From Malacoraja senta (Eukaryota), in contig CM075977.1 of NCBI GenBank assembly GCA_038087875.1, positions 1,116,001 to 1,180,000 of the forward strand: a DNA stretch of 64,000 nt. The letters are read 5' to 3'. A program made the position numbers and the translations under genes. Of this stretch, positions 1 through 13,039 are shown in pieces; position 1 is the first letter of the stretch, and each line of letters starts with the position of its first letter. Under the pieces are notes generated by a model. It was not told where the DNA came from. It saw only the letters and a program-made list of their open reading frames with translations, and made no database searches.

Positions 1-565
1 TGCAGTTGAACCTTTAGACCACTGGGGCAATTTATGTTGGGAACACTATCTCAGTTATCGAGATCAGCCAAAAGACTGGAACTCCTGACTCAGAAGAGGT
101 GAGGATTTAGGAGAGATTTGATCAGCTTTATTAAATGATGAAGGAAAGAGATTGTGTTCCAGCCAACAGATTGCTCCAATTACAAAGTGGTTGGGAGGGA
201 TCAAGGGAAATACGGACACACCGGATAATCCTGGGAGAACAACCCCCGGGGCCTCCTGCTGTCTAGCATTGCCGGGGTGATGCTGCATGGGCAGATTCTC
301 AGCCTCCACTCCATCTGTCTGGGCAAGTGGAGAAACAGCCTGAGTTCATATCCTTGCTGCCGATACAACGTCACTCAGGCACCAGAGGTCTTGCCACTGG
401 CAGGGCCAGTCAAAGCCAGAGACACCTGAGACTAGGATCGGCAGTGTATAGACACTTATGTAAGCCTTGTGTTTATGATTAAACACACACATTGTTGCTC
501 CACTAAATGGAACCCTCCATGCTGCTGCTTGTATGTATACTCGTTCGTATATCGGTATTTTTGTT

Positions 566-970
566 TAAGAAGGAATTGCAGATGCGGGAAAATCAAAGGT
601 AGACAAAAATGCTGGAGAAACTCAGCGGGTGAGGCAGCAATCTATGGAGCGAAGGAAATAGGCAACGTTTTGGGTCGAGTCCCTTCAGACTGATGTGGGG
701 GTGTGGGTAGGGGGGGGGTGGGAAGAAGAAAGGAAGAGATGGAGCCACTGTCTCCGCCTCTTCCTTTCTTCTTCCCGAACCCCCCCCACACCCACTTCAG
801 TCTGAAGAAGGCTTAAGTCCTCCCTCCACCACCTCCAGTTTCAATTCCATTTGGAATATTTTGGAGGACCAAGAAACCAAGGGTCTCGTCCCGAAACGTC
901 AGGTATTTCCTTCGCTCCATAGATGCTGCCTCACCCGCTGAATTTCTCCAGCATTTTTGTCTACCTTTGG
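566..970. mobile_element. Palindromic short element derived from a Penelope terminal repeat, with hammerhead-like motif
   Basis: Inverted arms about 595-745 and 752-970 (gtagacaaaaatgctggagaaactcagcggg / cccgctgaatttctccagcatttttgtctac). Same sequence as the end of the Penelope element at 21463. Confidence 0.8.
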
Positions 971-1085
971 TATTGGTATTGCATCATTATTGCCACGCGT
1001 ACCAAGAAACAGCGCATAACTTTGTTACGTGCCGTCTAGTCAAATTATAATATACGTGAATACAATCAAATCATATACACATACT

Positions 1086-1308
1086 AGAAACGAGGAACTG
1101 CAGATGCTGCTTTACACAAAAGGACACCAAGTGCTGGAGTGACTCAACAGGTCACGCAGCATCTTTAGAGAACATGGATCAGTGACGTTTCAGGTCAGGA
1201 CGTTTCATTAGTCTGACGAAGGGGCCCAACCTGAAACGTTACTTATCCATTTTCTCCAGAGATGCTGCCTCACCTGCCGAGTTACTTCAGCATTTGGTGT
1301 CCTTTTGC
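1086..1308. mobile_element. Palindromic Penelope-derived short element
   Basis: Inverted arms; the + arm has agtCTGACGAaggggcccaacctGAAACGTTact at 1210-1243. Confidence 0.75.
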
Positions 1309-1479
1309 ATACACAAATACAACAAAGAGAAAAATATCAGAGTATAGTATTGCAGTGTTATAGCATTAGTGTTATGGAGAAAGTGCAGATGCAAAAAAAA
1401 AGTACAGGTCCACAAAGAGATGGGTTGGGAAATTAGGATTATACACTTATTTTATGAGAGAACCATTCAGTAGTCTGAT

Positions 1480-1740
1480 AAAGGCGGTGAAGCAGCTGTA
1501 TCTGATACTGGGTGAATTTTCTACCCCACAGAGAGTGGAGAAGAGGAAATGAATGGGATGAAAATGGTCTTAGAATAGGTTGGCTGCTTTCGCAAAGCAG
1601 CGTAAAGAGTAGATGGAGTTGATGGGAGCTGTTAGTTTATGTGATGGACTGGGCTACATCCATAACTCTCAGCAATGTCTTGCGGTATTGGGTGGAGCTG
1701 TGGCCAAACCAAGCTTTGTTTTATCCCTACAGGATTTGTG
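1480..1740 (-). mobile_element. Degraded Rex-Babar-type LINE 3' fragment
   Basis: Resembles the better preserved fragments at 8040-8580 and 10678-11043 (gatggactgggctacatcc...ctc). Confidence 0.45.
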
Positions 1741-2149
1741 ATTAAAAGTGGATTCAACAACATAATTGCAACACCACAACTTTGTTTACATGGCAATCTA
1801 AAAGATCACAGTGGCAGCGATTCCGACGGTCATCACCGTTAATGCACTGCAACGGAGAATGCGCCACAGTTGCTCACCCAGAATACTCCAACAACTCCTC
1901 CCAAACCCATCACCTCTGCTACCAAAAATGGCATGAGCATCAAAGAACAGAAGCAGGTGTAGGCCATGGCCCCTCAAGCTTGTCCCACCATTCAATACGA
2001 TCATGTACTAATTCCTTTTCTGTGCCAATTCCCCACAGCCTTCAATTCCCTACTTTATCCATAATTTATCTACCTCCTCTTTAAATACCATCAGTGAGTT
2101 GGCCTCCACAACCATCCAGGTTAGTGAATGGCACAGATTCACCTTTCAC

Positions 2150-2480
2150 TGGACGCAGCCCAGACTATCACACAAATCAGCCTCCCTCCCATTGACTCCA
2201 TTTGTACGTCTCACTGCCACGGCCATGCCACCACCATAATCAAGGACGAGTCTCACTCCCTCTTCTTCCCTCTTTCATCTGGCTAGAGGTACAGTAGTGT
2301 GAAAATGCACACCTCCAAACTCAGGGACAGTTTCTTCCCAGCTGTTATCAACTGAACCATCCTATCAACAACTAGAGAACAGTCCTGAGCTGTTATCAAC
2401 CTCATTGGAGACTCTTTGACTGGTTAGCACGCAGCAAAAGCTTTTCGTCGTACCTCGGTACGTGACGATAAACTAAACAA
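2150..2480 (+). mobile_element. Degraded Rex-Babar-type LINE 3' fragment
   Basis: gcagcccagactatcacacaaatcagcctccctcccattgactcc...gacagtttcttcccagctgttatc, the same region as the Rex ORF end at 10678-11043. Confidence 0.5.
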
Positions 2481-3007
2481 AAAACTGTAAGAAGTTCCTG
2501 TCATTTCACTGTTAAATGACCGCTCCCTAATCCTGAACTCACTCAGTGGAATCTCTCCCACCAGTGGAATCATCTTGAAATCTACCCTGTCTTGCTCCTT
2601 CAGGAGCTTAAGTAAGGCAAGGGCGGCCGGTGCATGGGAACACCACCACCTGCAGGTTCCCCTGCAAGTCACGCACCATCCTGATTTTGAAACATTCCTT
2701 CTTCCTCACTGGAACTCGGTCGCCTAAAAGCACTGTTGAAGCACCTTCACCAGAAGGAGTTCTGAGTTTCAAGAAGCCAACTCACCTTCACTTTCTCAAG
2801 GGCAGTTGAGATGCGCAACAAATTGTGACCGTACTGGTGACTTTGGATAAACGCCACGTCCTGGTACATCCTCCCAGACATCTATCGTGTGGCTGGTAAC
2901 TCTTGGACAGTTCCAGTGTTGACGATCTTTTCCAAGCCAAGGTGAACAAAATATAAAATGTTAAGTCAAATGTTAAGAAAAATATGTTTTCGCCTGGATT
3001 TTGTTGT

Positions 3008-3650
3008 GGACGGCACAATGGCCTTACAGCGCTCAAAAGGTTCAAAGGTTCAAAGGTTCAAATGTTCATTTATTGTCACATACACCAATTGGCGTAGTGA
3101 AATTCAAGTTGCCATTTGCAGCACACTAATAAGAATACAACACAACATTAAAGAAAAATTTAACATTAAACATAAAAACATTCCCCCACAATGATTCCCA
3201 CTGTGAGGGAAGGCACAAAGTCCAGTCCTGCAGTTCCCCCCTTATCCCCCCCCCCCCACCCCCACCCTCCACATAAAAAAGATTAGACCTCCAAACAAAA
3301 CTTTTTACATACTAAAAATAAAAAAAGGAGTGAAAGGGCAGACAGCTGCAGGCAGGGCAGCCATACGCAACTGGACGGAGCTCGAGACCAGGGTTCAATA
3401 CTGACTAGGGGTACTATCTGTGTGGAGTTTGCACTTTCACCCTGTGACCACGTGGGTTATTACGGGCGCTCCGGTTTCCTCTCACACTCCAAAGGACGCA
3501 CACGTTTGTATATCAATTGGTTTTGGTAAAATTGTAAATTGTCCCTGGTCTGTAAGACAGTGCTAGTTTATGAGGTGATTGCTGGTCGGCACGGACTCGG
3601 TGGGCCGAAGGGCCTGTTTCCGTGCTCTATCTCAGGATCTGTTTCCCGTA
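3008..3650 (+). mobile_element. V/HE1-type tRNA-derived SINE interrupted by an insertion
   Basis: Head ggcacaatggccttacagcgc, resuming at gagaccagggttcaatactgac; core ctccggtttcctctcacactccaaag; tail gggccgaagggcctgtttccgtgct. Confidence 0.75.
3034..3375 (-). mobile_element. Short non-autonomous LINE-derived element with (aaaggttc)n tail, internally deleted
   Basis: Both ends match the element at 34140-34790 but the GC-rich core is absent; it sits inside a SINE. Confidence 0.65.
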
Positions 3651-4359
3651 TCCATCTGTCAGACACTAAACCAATGCCTACTCAACTCTTTCAGAGGACT
3701 GAAGTTAACTTCTGGGTGCAGACTGCGGAGGGCAGATAGAGAGAATTTAGCTTTAATGCAGCCATCTTAAATGCACTGCCTGAAAGAGCAATGGCGGCAG
3801 GGAAATATTTGCAGGGAATGGAAACATTCATAATGCTTCAGAGGAATCTGGGATGCGAAGGGCTGAATGGCCTTATCTGTATGATCAGTGCTCAGAATTG
3901 AGCTCTCAATTCACATGAGATGAGGAGGAGGGGTTAAAATTTCCCAGTGAACTTGCCCGAATATCTTCCTGATAGAACATCAGGCTGGTAATGGATGCTG
4001 CCCTGGGGGTACTCTGATACGTAGTGTGGACATTCCTGTTGTGGGCAATTCGGTAGCACTCGGCAGGGAGCAGGAGATGGCTGCCAGATTTTCTGCCCTC
4101 TGTGACTCCAGGCATGCCGGCCACAGACATGGGTGGTGACAAGCCTGAGGACAGGTGGCAAGATAATGATTGCCTGCAGGCACTGATACAAGTATCTGGC
4201 CCCAATGCAATTAGTTCAAAGAGTCTCCGCTCTTTTATTGCCCATCTCTTCGAAACCTTTGTGCAAACTTGCAGCCTTTTAAAATACCTAATATGCAGGA
4301 CTACAGCACACTGTTGCATGCATTAACACAGTCACTAACTGCAAAACAATTACCCACAT

Positions 4360-4535
4360 TGCCAAACACAGACACACAGACACTCTTTCTCACCACAAGC
4401 AGACATCTGCACACAGACGCAACACATATGCACACATAAACTGGCACACATGCACACACAGTCATATGCATCCATAGAAAATAGTGCACATATGTAAACT
4501 GCTGTGCACATACACATACGCACACATATACACAA
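4360..4535. repeat. Degenerate (CA)n microsatellite
   Basis: Run of cacacag/acacat motifs. Confidence 0.8.
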
Positions 4536-5349
4536 AATGTAACTGTTTCATTTGGATTTCTATGAGTTGCATTTTTCCTTTTCATCTGCAGGTTTTAATA
4601 CTTTTTCCTGTTCAGTGACCCCCGTATCCATGATCCTGCTTTTGATCTGCACCTAACAAGGACTGAAAGGCTTTTATAACTCATCTCAGTCTTCCGGGTT
4701 CTGCAGGAAGTAAATCGAAAGCAGATGTGAAGCAGGATGAAATGGCTCTTTGGTGGTGGAGCAGGATGAGTGATAGTGAGTCAGTCGCTTGTTGTGCACA
4801 CTGCCTGACTTTCTGTTGTATTAATTTAAAACAATCTTGTGTAAACTCCCTTCCAATTACATCGGGGCTATGGTGCAGAAGCAGGCGATTCAGCCCCTCT
4901 ATTCTGTGTTGCCGTTAACTCTCCCATTCCTCTCCAAATCCCCTGTATTGTATATTGATCCATGAAGTGTGTCTGACATAGGGCTACATTCCCTTCAAAC
5001 AGAGTGGAATGAATACGATTTTAGCAGTTCATCTCTGCAACTGATTTATTCTTTTTTTAACCTGGCTGTGGATCAAACCTGTATGCGTCAGAAGTTAATG
5101 CAAGTATGAAAAGGATGGACTTTGTGTGGAGAGTGGTTTAAAGAACCTTGAGTCAAACTGCAAGATTCTTCCGGGAGCCAACAGCATTGTAGATTATAGA
5201 TTGATACATGGATAGGAAAGGAGGAATATGCGGCCAACACAGCTAGGTGGGACTAGTATTGATGGGATTTCTTGGTCGGCGTGGGCAAGTTGGGCCAAAG
5301 TGCCTGTTTCTGTGCGGTATGAGAATGACTATGACTCTGAGCATAATGG

Positions 5350-5650
5350 CAGGGTAAAGCACAGTGACACAGTTAGTAAAGCTGCTGCCTCACTGCTCTG
5401 ATGGCCTGGGTTCGATTCTAACTAGGAAACCTGTCTGGGTGGAGTTTGCATGTTCTCCATGTGGGTTTCCTCCAGGTGCTTTGATGTCGTCCCACATCCC
5501 AAAGACGTAAGGGTGGTAGGTAAATTGGTCTCTGTAAATTGCTTCAATCGTACATAGGTGAGTTGTGGATGGGGGAAAGTTGATGTATACAGTATGTTAT
5601 AGGAAGGGGGAAGGAGCCAGCATAGATTTGATGGACTAAATGGCCGCATG
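5350..5650 (+). mobile_element. V/HE1-type SINE (diverged)
   Basis: cctgggttcgatt B-box-like head; core ggagtttgcatgttctcc...cccacatcccaaagacg. Confidence 0.7.
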
Positions 5651-5904
5651 CTTTGGCTTAAGGAAATGTGGACATTATGGAAGCAGTGGCAATGTTAGCC
5701 AGGTGAAGGCTGACCTGAATCATTGTGGCCTTTGTGGGCGCAGAAGGAGCACTGGGACAGTTTTCAGGAGAAGCAGGAGCAGAGCACCTGAGAGGGGAAG
5801 TCCTTTTGCCGGGCTCTGACACATTAGCGTTTACAACAGCTGGGCAGATATGGAGCAACTGGAGGAGTAATTTACAGTGTGTGTGCACCAGGACAAGAGA
5901 ACTT

Positions 5905-6210
5905 TAGTTTAGGTTAGTTTAGAGATACAGCATGGAAACAGACCCTTCAACCCACTGAGTCCGCGCTGACCAGCGATCACCCGTACACTAGTTCTTTGAA
6001 CGCACTAGGGGCAATTTACAGAAGCCAATCAACCTACAAACCTGCATATCTTTGGGATGTGGGAGGAAACCGGAACAGCCGGAGAATGCCCTTGCCGTCA
6101 CAGGGAGAACGTACAAACTCCACACAGTCAACACCCGAGGTCAAGATCAAACCAGGTCTCTGCCGCTGTGAGGCTGCAACTCTACCGCTGCGCGACTGTG
6201 CCGCCCTAAT
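5905..6210 (-). mobile_element. V/HE1-type SINE
   Basis: Reverse complement of head, core and (taaac)n tail. Confidence 0.8.
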
Positions 6211-6439
6211 CTAGAAAGATACTAACGAGTATCTTCCTCTTTGGTCTTTCTCTTGTACTCGAGTTTGACGATTGTATTTATGTATGGCTATCTGATCTAG
6301 ATGGATAGCATATAAAACAAAGCTTTTCACTGTGCTTTGGTACATATAACAATAATAAACCGAAACCTGAACTTAAACCTGAACTTAATGAGGGGAAATG
6401 TCCTCTCACCATCCATGCTGTCAATTTCATTTTTACATT

Positions 6440-7035
6440 GGGTGGCATAGTGGCACAGCCAGCAGAGCTGCTGTCTCACAGCACCAGAAACACCGGTGTA
6501 ATCCTGACCACAGCTGCTGGTGAAAGTACAGGTGCTGTACTTTCTGCCTGTGATTGTGTGGGTTTCCTCTGGGTGTTCCGGTTTCCTCCCACATTCCAAA
6601 GACGTGCAGTTTGTAGGTTGATTGGCTTCTGCAAATTGTCCCCAGGATCGAAATAGTGTACGGGCTGATTGCTGGTCGGCGTGGACTCGGTTGCTGAATG
6701 CTCTGTTTCCGTGCTGGATCTCGAAACTAAAACTAACTAAACTAAACTAAACTAAATTAAGCTAAGCTGCTGCCTAACGGCATCCGAGACCCAGGTTTAA
6801 TCCTAACCTCAGGTGTGATTTGTATGGAGTTTGCATGTTCTCCCTGTGATTGTGTGTTTCCTCTGGGAGCTCCTCTTTCTTCCTATATCTCAAAGCCTTA
6901 TGGGTTTGTAAGTTCATCAGCCTTTGTAAAATAGCCCCCAATGTGTAGTCATTGGATGAGATAGTGTGATTACATAGAATCTGTGTGAACGTCTGATGGG
7001 TGGTCAGCATGGATTCCATGCTGTATCGCAAAAAA
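6440..7035 (+). mobile_element. Two tandem V/HE1-type SINEs separated by an (aaact)n tail
   Basis: Two successive head/core units; (aaact)n at about 6724-6760. Confidence 0.75.
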
Positions 7036-8037
7036 AAATGTCAATAAGAATCGCCCTCATTCTTCTATACTAGACAAGGCCCAACCTGCTCACGTTCCCT
7101 GTACATCACACCTTCATCTCAGGAATCAACCACGTATACTTTCTCTGCCCAATCTCCAATGCGAGCACATCCCTCTTTAAATATGGAGACTAAAACTGTA
7201 GGAACAATTTTACCAGTGCCATGTAAAGTTGCATCAACTCTCTCCTGCCTTTTTACTCCATCCCCATGTAATAAAAGCCAACATTCAATTGGCCTTCCTG
7301 ATGACTTGCTACACTGTTTGTGTTTTATGTGCAAGGATTCCTTGTCCCTTTATACTGGATCATTTTATAGGTTCTCTCCATTCAAGTAATAATCTTCTAT
7401 TATGCTCTTCCATTCAGAGTGGATACCCTCAAATAAGATATAACCATGGCTTTTAAGAGACGTTTAGATAGCACATGGATATGCAGGGAAGGGAGGGGTA
7501 AGGATCATGTGCAGGCAGATGAGCTAAGTTTCAGTTAGCATTATGATCAGCATAGACACTGTGGGCCAAAGGGCTGTACTATGCTCTATTTTCCCACAAT
7601 GTACCCCATCTGTGGAGGATACCGTCAACTTGAAAATATGCCAAGTCAAACTATTGAAGTCTTTAGGCCATATGAAATGTTTACCAAGTCACAAGGGTCA
7701 GCAAATAGAACCACTGATGCTTGTGGATGATCACATTAACCAACCAATGTTAATGGGCAAAGACAAGCTCAGGGAACTGAAAGCTAAACTGGAAGTGTGT
7801 TCAGCAGAGGTGATAGAAAAATCACACCTAGTTGTGCCATTAGAATAAGTTAGTTGGAAAGCTGGTAGGGAAGTGTACTGTCAAGAGGTAGGCTGAGCAA
7901 AAACGATTTTACTGAGCTGCAAATAGCCTAAGTGGCCTTTGAAAACAGTAAACATGGACTTGAGAAAGGAGTTAATAAACCAGTCCCTGTTGGTTCTTAT
8001 GTGGAGTAGCTGGAAATGGATAGAAATGAAATATCTT

Positions 8038-8580
8038 CAAGTCAAGTCAAATTGAGTTTATTGTCATATGCACTAGTAGGATGAGATACAGGTGCAATGA
8101 AAATTTTGTTTGCAGCAGCAACATGGACACATAAACAAATATCAAAACTGAAATTATCAATAAATACACATAAATTCTGCAAGAAAATGAAAATAAATAA
8201 TCTGTGCAAAGCATAACGCATTTGAGCAAACATAATTAGAAAGCAAGACTTTGGCAGTGCAAGAGTTGATCCGTGGTGATCCATTGATTAGGAAGGATTA
8301 GGTTTGTGTAGGTCATTTCACGAGCTTGAAGGTTGTAGGAAAGTATCTGTTCCTGAACTTGGGAATGTGGGATCTCAGGTTCCTATACCTCCTGCCCGAA
8401 GACATAGAAGGGTATGACCCAGATGGTGAAGATCCTTGATGATAGATACCGTCTTCTTGAGGCAGCACCTCATGTAGATGTTTTCAATGATCGGAAGGGC
8501 CATGCCTATGATGGACTGGGCTGAGTCCACCATTTTCTGCAGTCTCTTGTTTTCCTCAGCATTTGAACTACCATACCAGG
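8038..8580 (-). mobile_element. Rex-Babar-type LINE 3' fragment
   Basis: caagtcaagtcaa tail, tttattgtcatatg, and the cttcttgaggcagcacctcatgtagatg region homologous to the Rex ORF end. Confidence 0.55.
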
Positions 8581-9082
8581 ACCCAAGAGCGTTCTAGGAC
8601 AGGATCTTCAGGACATCCCATGCAGCCACCATCGAACTGTAGAATCAAGATCCATTTTTACACATCTTGGGTTACCACGAGAGTTTTTCTCAGATAATGA
8701 TCCTCAGCGCCTGTTACCTCCAGCTGCGAAATAAAATAGTGTTGAGCGCACACTTATTTAATCAGCTCATCCAGCAGTGAGTGGTGGAACAGATCGATCA
8801 ATTAAAAATTGTCAACGAAACCTCAAAGAAACACTGTAAGTACTGCACGGGTGTTCAGGCCTGGCACCGCTCAGCACAACATCTTGTTAACCACATTCCA
8901 TAATTATTTACAGTCCCACTGAATTAACACTGGGTAGAAGACTACACCCAATGGAGTTTGGTGCAGTATAGTCCTGAGGGGAAAGTGGAAGAGAAGCAGC
9001 TGACACTAAAACAAAATTATGATCCATGTCACTGAAATCAACGCAATACAATTTCTGTGTTAACAGATCCTAACAAATCTAA

Positions 9083-9208
9083 AGTCTGAAGAAGGGTCTT
9101 GACCCGAAACGCCACCCATTCCTTCTCCCCAGAGATGCTGCCTGTCCCGCTGAGTTACTCTTGCATTTTGTGTTTATCTTTGGTTTAAACCTGCATCTGT
9201 AGTTCTTT
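9083..9208 (+). mobile_element. Single-arm Penelope-derived short element with 14-bp TSD
   Basis: agtCTGAAGAagggtcttgacccGAAACGCC; cctaacaaatctaa directly repeated at 9069-9082 and 9209-9222. Confidence 0.8.
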
Positions 9209-9559
9209 CCTAACAAATCTAATATTCATTAAGGATATATAAAAATAGAAAATGTTGGAAATGCTTGGCAGGTTTGGTTGCATCTGTGGAATGAGAAAGA
9301 TACTTAATATATCAGGTCTGAGACCATCAGAACATATGCTTGTTAGAAGCGATGTACACTGAGAAATATGATCAATTACCAGATCTTAAGGGAATCAGAA
9401 TGCTGATGAAAGGCCTCAGAGCCAGCAGTTTGTTTACTTGAATTTACTCAGTAACGTCATTTTGAAGTGATATTGTAAAATGCCTTACATCTAGATATCT
9501 TGTCAACAAAGGAGGTACAGTTAAAATATGCACTAAATCACTTACTTCCTGTGAGTAAT

Positions 9560-10480
9560 AGACAAGGAAACATCAAACGGTTGTGCAATCTTTTGCCAAA
9601 AATATACATTAGATTCATAAAACTGGCAAATATATAAGACAATGTATTCATATGTCACTATTCACAGCACATGACATTCATTTCACTCGGTATAACATTA
9701 CATTTCCTTCTTTGTAATTTGCCTGACCAAACAGTCCAAGATGTTTTTGCACAGGTTCCAGTCCTTGGGTGGGTAATATCAGGGGGGCCCACACTGTGAT
9801 CTTTCCCATAGAAACTTTTTGTGGTGATTGCACCAGATTGAGTGTGTCCCTCAGCACGTCACCATGGACCTTACAATGTGCCAGTTGACATCAACAGCTT
9901 TCATTGAGTTGATGATATTCCAGCAGCTGTCAACGTTAACCTCAGTGCAGTTCTCTGGGAACAGGCTGCCAAGCACAGACTGCCACTATGTAAAGAATAA
10001 TACCAAGAGGATCATTTACAGCCAAGTCATCTGAAAGACAACATCTCAATAGCCCTAAGATAGACACAAAATACTGGAGTAACTCAGCAGGACAGGCAGC
10101 ATCTCTGGAGAGAAGGAATGGGTGATGTTTCAGAAAACGTCACCCATTCCTTCTCTCCAGAGATGCTGCCTGTCCCATTAAGTTACTCCAGCATTTTGTG
10201 TCTATCTTCGGTTTAAACCAGCATCCGCAGATCATTCCTACACGTCTCAAGAGCCCTGCAACATAGAGTCGGCCTGAATGTTAAGCTCTAAGCTATCGGG
10301 ATGACACTTGAGAAGGACCATCCATCTATCCAGATCATCTTGGCCAAAGGTAGAAGAATGGTGGTCTCATCCTCTTGAAATAAATATGTAGAGGAAGAAA
10401 GACTCTGGTTGTTCATGAAGGATCTAATGATGAAGGGCACTCTCACTTCCAGACAGAATTTGATTGAGGGTTCTGGTGAT
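9560..10480 (-). mobile_element. Degraded Tx1-like LINE 3' portion
   Basis: The minus strand near 9790-9860 translates VLRDTLNL...MGKITV, resembling the C-terminus of vertebrate Tx1-type ORF2 as I recall it; AT-rich 3' end near 9590-9625. Confidence 0.4.
10058..10241. mobile_element. Palindromic Penelope-derived short element with TSD
   Basis: Near-perfect inverted arms centred at about 10131; flanks acatctcaatagccct / acgtctcaagagccct. Confidence 0.85.
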
Positions 10481-10489
10481 GAGGTATTC

Positions 10490-11268
10490 TAATAATAATA
10501 ATACATTTTACTGTCATTGTAAATTAACGACATTTCACCCGCGCTGCCCGAGCGGAGCTCCAACGTATCAGATAAATAATAACGACAATGGAAACAGCAA
10601 AAACAGCAAGAAAAACGTTGTCAAGGCAGAATGTGCAATATTTCACAGTTTAGTGTTATAGCAGTACAATATATTGGCTATGGGGGGGGGGGGGTGTATT
10701 CAGTGTTCAGAGTGGTCTTGGCAGGGTAGAAACTGTTTGTTAATCTTGTGGTGTGTGATTTGATGGACCTGTAACGCTTTCCTGAGGGCAGAAGGGCAAA
10801 CAAGTGATGTGCGGGATGAGATGAGTCCGTTAGGATGCGTGATGCCTTCCGCAGGCAACGAGAGCTATAGATCTCTTCCAGGGCAGGCAGGTGTGTGTTG
10901 GTGATCTTCTGGGCTGTGTTGATGACTCTCTGCAGAGCCTTCTTGTCAGTCGCAGAACTATTGCCATACCATGCCAGGATGTCATGTGTCAGGACACTCT
11001 CTATGGAGCAACGGTAGAATGACACTAGCAGCTGTTGTGACAAGTTGACTTTCCTGAGTGATCTTAGGAAGTAAAGCAGTTGTTGTCCTTCTTTACCAGG
11101 TTGACCACCTGAGATCTGCTGAGATGTGGGTTCCCAGGAACCTGAAACTGGAGACTCTGTCCACTCTTTCTCCGTTTATGTGCAGTGGGGGATGGTCACC
11201 CTGCTTCTTCCTGAAGTCAATGATGAGCTCGTTTGCTTTCTTGGTATTGAGTGCTAAGTTGTTCTCAT
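10490..11268 (-). mobile_element. 5'-truncated Rex1/Babar LINE (end of RT domain, DUF1891-like region and C-terminus)
   Basis: ORFs give ENNLALNTKKANELIIDFRK...VSSFRFLGTHISADLRWS and FYRCSIESVLT...WYG...SHPAHHLFALLPSGKRYRS; (taa)n tail at about 10490. Confidence 0.85.
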
Positions 11269-11829
11269 GAAACGATCTATAGGATCGATCATCTCTTCCT
11301 GCAGGATCTTCAGGCCATCCCATGCAGCCAGCTACCTCATAAACCTGTGTTGAAAGGCGCTCCTCTGCGCCAACGTTTGAACATGAACGTGACTGCGTTC
11401 TGGATGTTGATCCAGTAGAGGTTGCAGAAGATTGTACTGAACACAATCGAGTCTTGTCACCTTCCTCATGTCAACAATGACCCAAATTCTCCTGAGATGA
11501 CTGAAGACGCTCAGACAATCTGCACAAATGTTCGAAATCTGTATACAATGTGAAAATGTGGAAAAAGACCTGCTGTCTTCCTGTGCTGCCACCATCTGTG
11601 TTGGTGGAAATGCAGTTCTTGTAATGGCTCCTTCATTTAAAACTATCCAAGGTTTCACTGATAAAAACACACAAAGCCTTAATTTGTCTTTTCTCTGCTC
11701 CAAAACTTCATATGTTTAACGTATTCATCCTTGTGTTTAAATACCATCTTGTCTGGAATTTTCCTTTGCCCACTCCAGAATTGTGCAGAGTGTGAAAGTA
11801 AGTGGGTAAGGGGCTTTGGATCTTAAACA

Positions 11830-12040
11830 TCATGATCTCCAGCTTTGGGATTTGGACCTGGACATCGGGCCCTGGATCATGGGCCACAGGCTCCAGGCCT
11901 TGGATACTGGATCTTGGGCCTTGGACATCAGGCCTTGAACCTTATGTCTCAGGTTTCAGATTTTGAACAATGGACCTTAGACCTCAGATCTCAAGGCCTG
12001 GGCTTGGTGCCTCTGGTATCAGCCTTGGACCTTAGGTGCT
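11830..12040. repeat. Degenerate roughly 7-nt tandem repeat
   Basis: Recurrent ccttgga/ggacctt/ggcctgg units. Confidence 0.55.
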
Positions 12041-12495
12041 ACCTAGTGTTTAGGTGGTGGTCTCACGTACAAAACAGTTGACAGTGCACTTCAACACAAT
12101 AATCACCGCTCCCCTGTGACTTCTGTAGAATTTCTATTGTCTGGACGTCATCACTTTTCTGTTTACAGGAGCTCAGTGTGTGAATCTTTACTGTTGTGTG
12201 TTGCCAGCAGCCATGGCCGCATTTCAGAAAGATGCACGTTAACAGGCTATGGGGCTTCCTGGAGTCACCGCGAGATGCTGAGAGGCACGGGAGTGGTAGG
12301 AGGTCCTTCAGTGTGAAGAGTTTCCCTTTGAGACTGTGAAGATCACCAGGATCATGAAGGCTTCCAACCAGCAGCTGTTCCTTGTATGGGCTAGGATCCC
12401 TTGGGAACTTTGAAACCATGAACTAAGTCATGCTCTATCTGTTTTGAATTTACTGCTTGCCAATTTTTATTTCTATCATTTGCTTCTACTTTCAG

Positions 12496-12534
12496 GGGAC
12501 GTTACTTCCACAATGATAGCTGGTCCGTGCATAC
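12496..12534 (+). CDS. Candidate small internal exon of host gene
   Basis: Polypyrimidine tract ending ttctactttcag, 39 nt, donor gtgagg; open as GRYFHNDSWSVHT or DVTSTMIAGPCI. Confidence 0.25.
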
Positions 12535-12549
12535 GTGAGGCTGACCAGA

Positions 12550-12670
12550 AGTATCTATATACACACTACCTCCTGTGTGAATCCATATACACACCAACCT
12601 CTGTGTGAATCAATATATACACCACCCTCTAACTGAGTCCATACCCACTCCCTCTGTGTGAACATTCCAA
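12550..12670. repeat. Roughly 28-nt degenerate minisatellite, about 4 units
   Basis: Repeated atatacaca..cctctgtgtgaat. Confidence 0.6.
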
Positions 12671-13039
12671 CGCTCTGTGCTCCAATTTACGCTTGTACCA
12701 GATGTCTGGTAGCACCCTGATAGACCCCGTCAGCTGCACTTTATGAATGAGGCAGTCAAATCCCCCATTGATGCCTCCAATCCATTGGTCTATAAAGTGA
12801 CGCCAAAATATATTGTGAAACTAACCCGTGGGAGCGATGCAGTGATTTGAACGTAAATCTGCAGTCTCCATAATCTTGAAGGCCAAGGGCAGCAGGTGAA
12901 GCAGGTCACCATCCGAACAGATTCCACCCCACCTACAACCCCGGCTCATAAATCATCCTGAATAGGACATATATTGCTCGCAACAATAGGACATAGGACA
13001 TATTTTTATCTCTAACTGCCGGCAAGGCATCAACCATTT

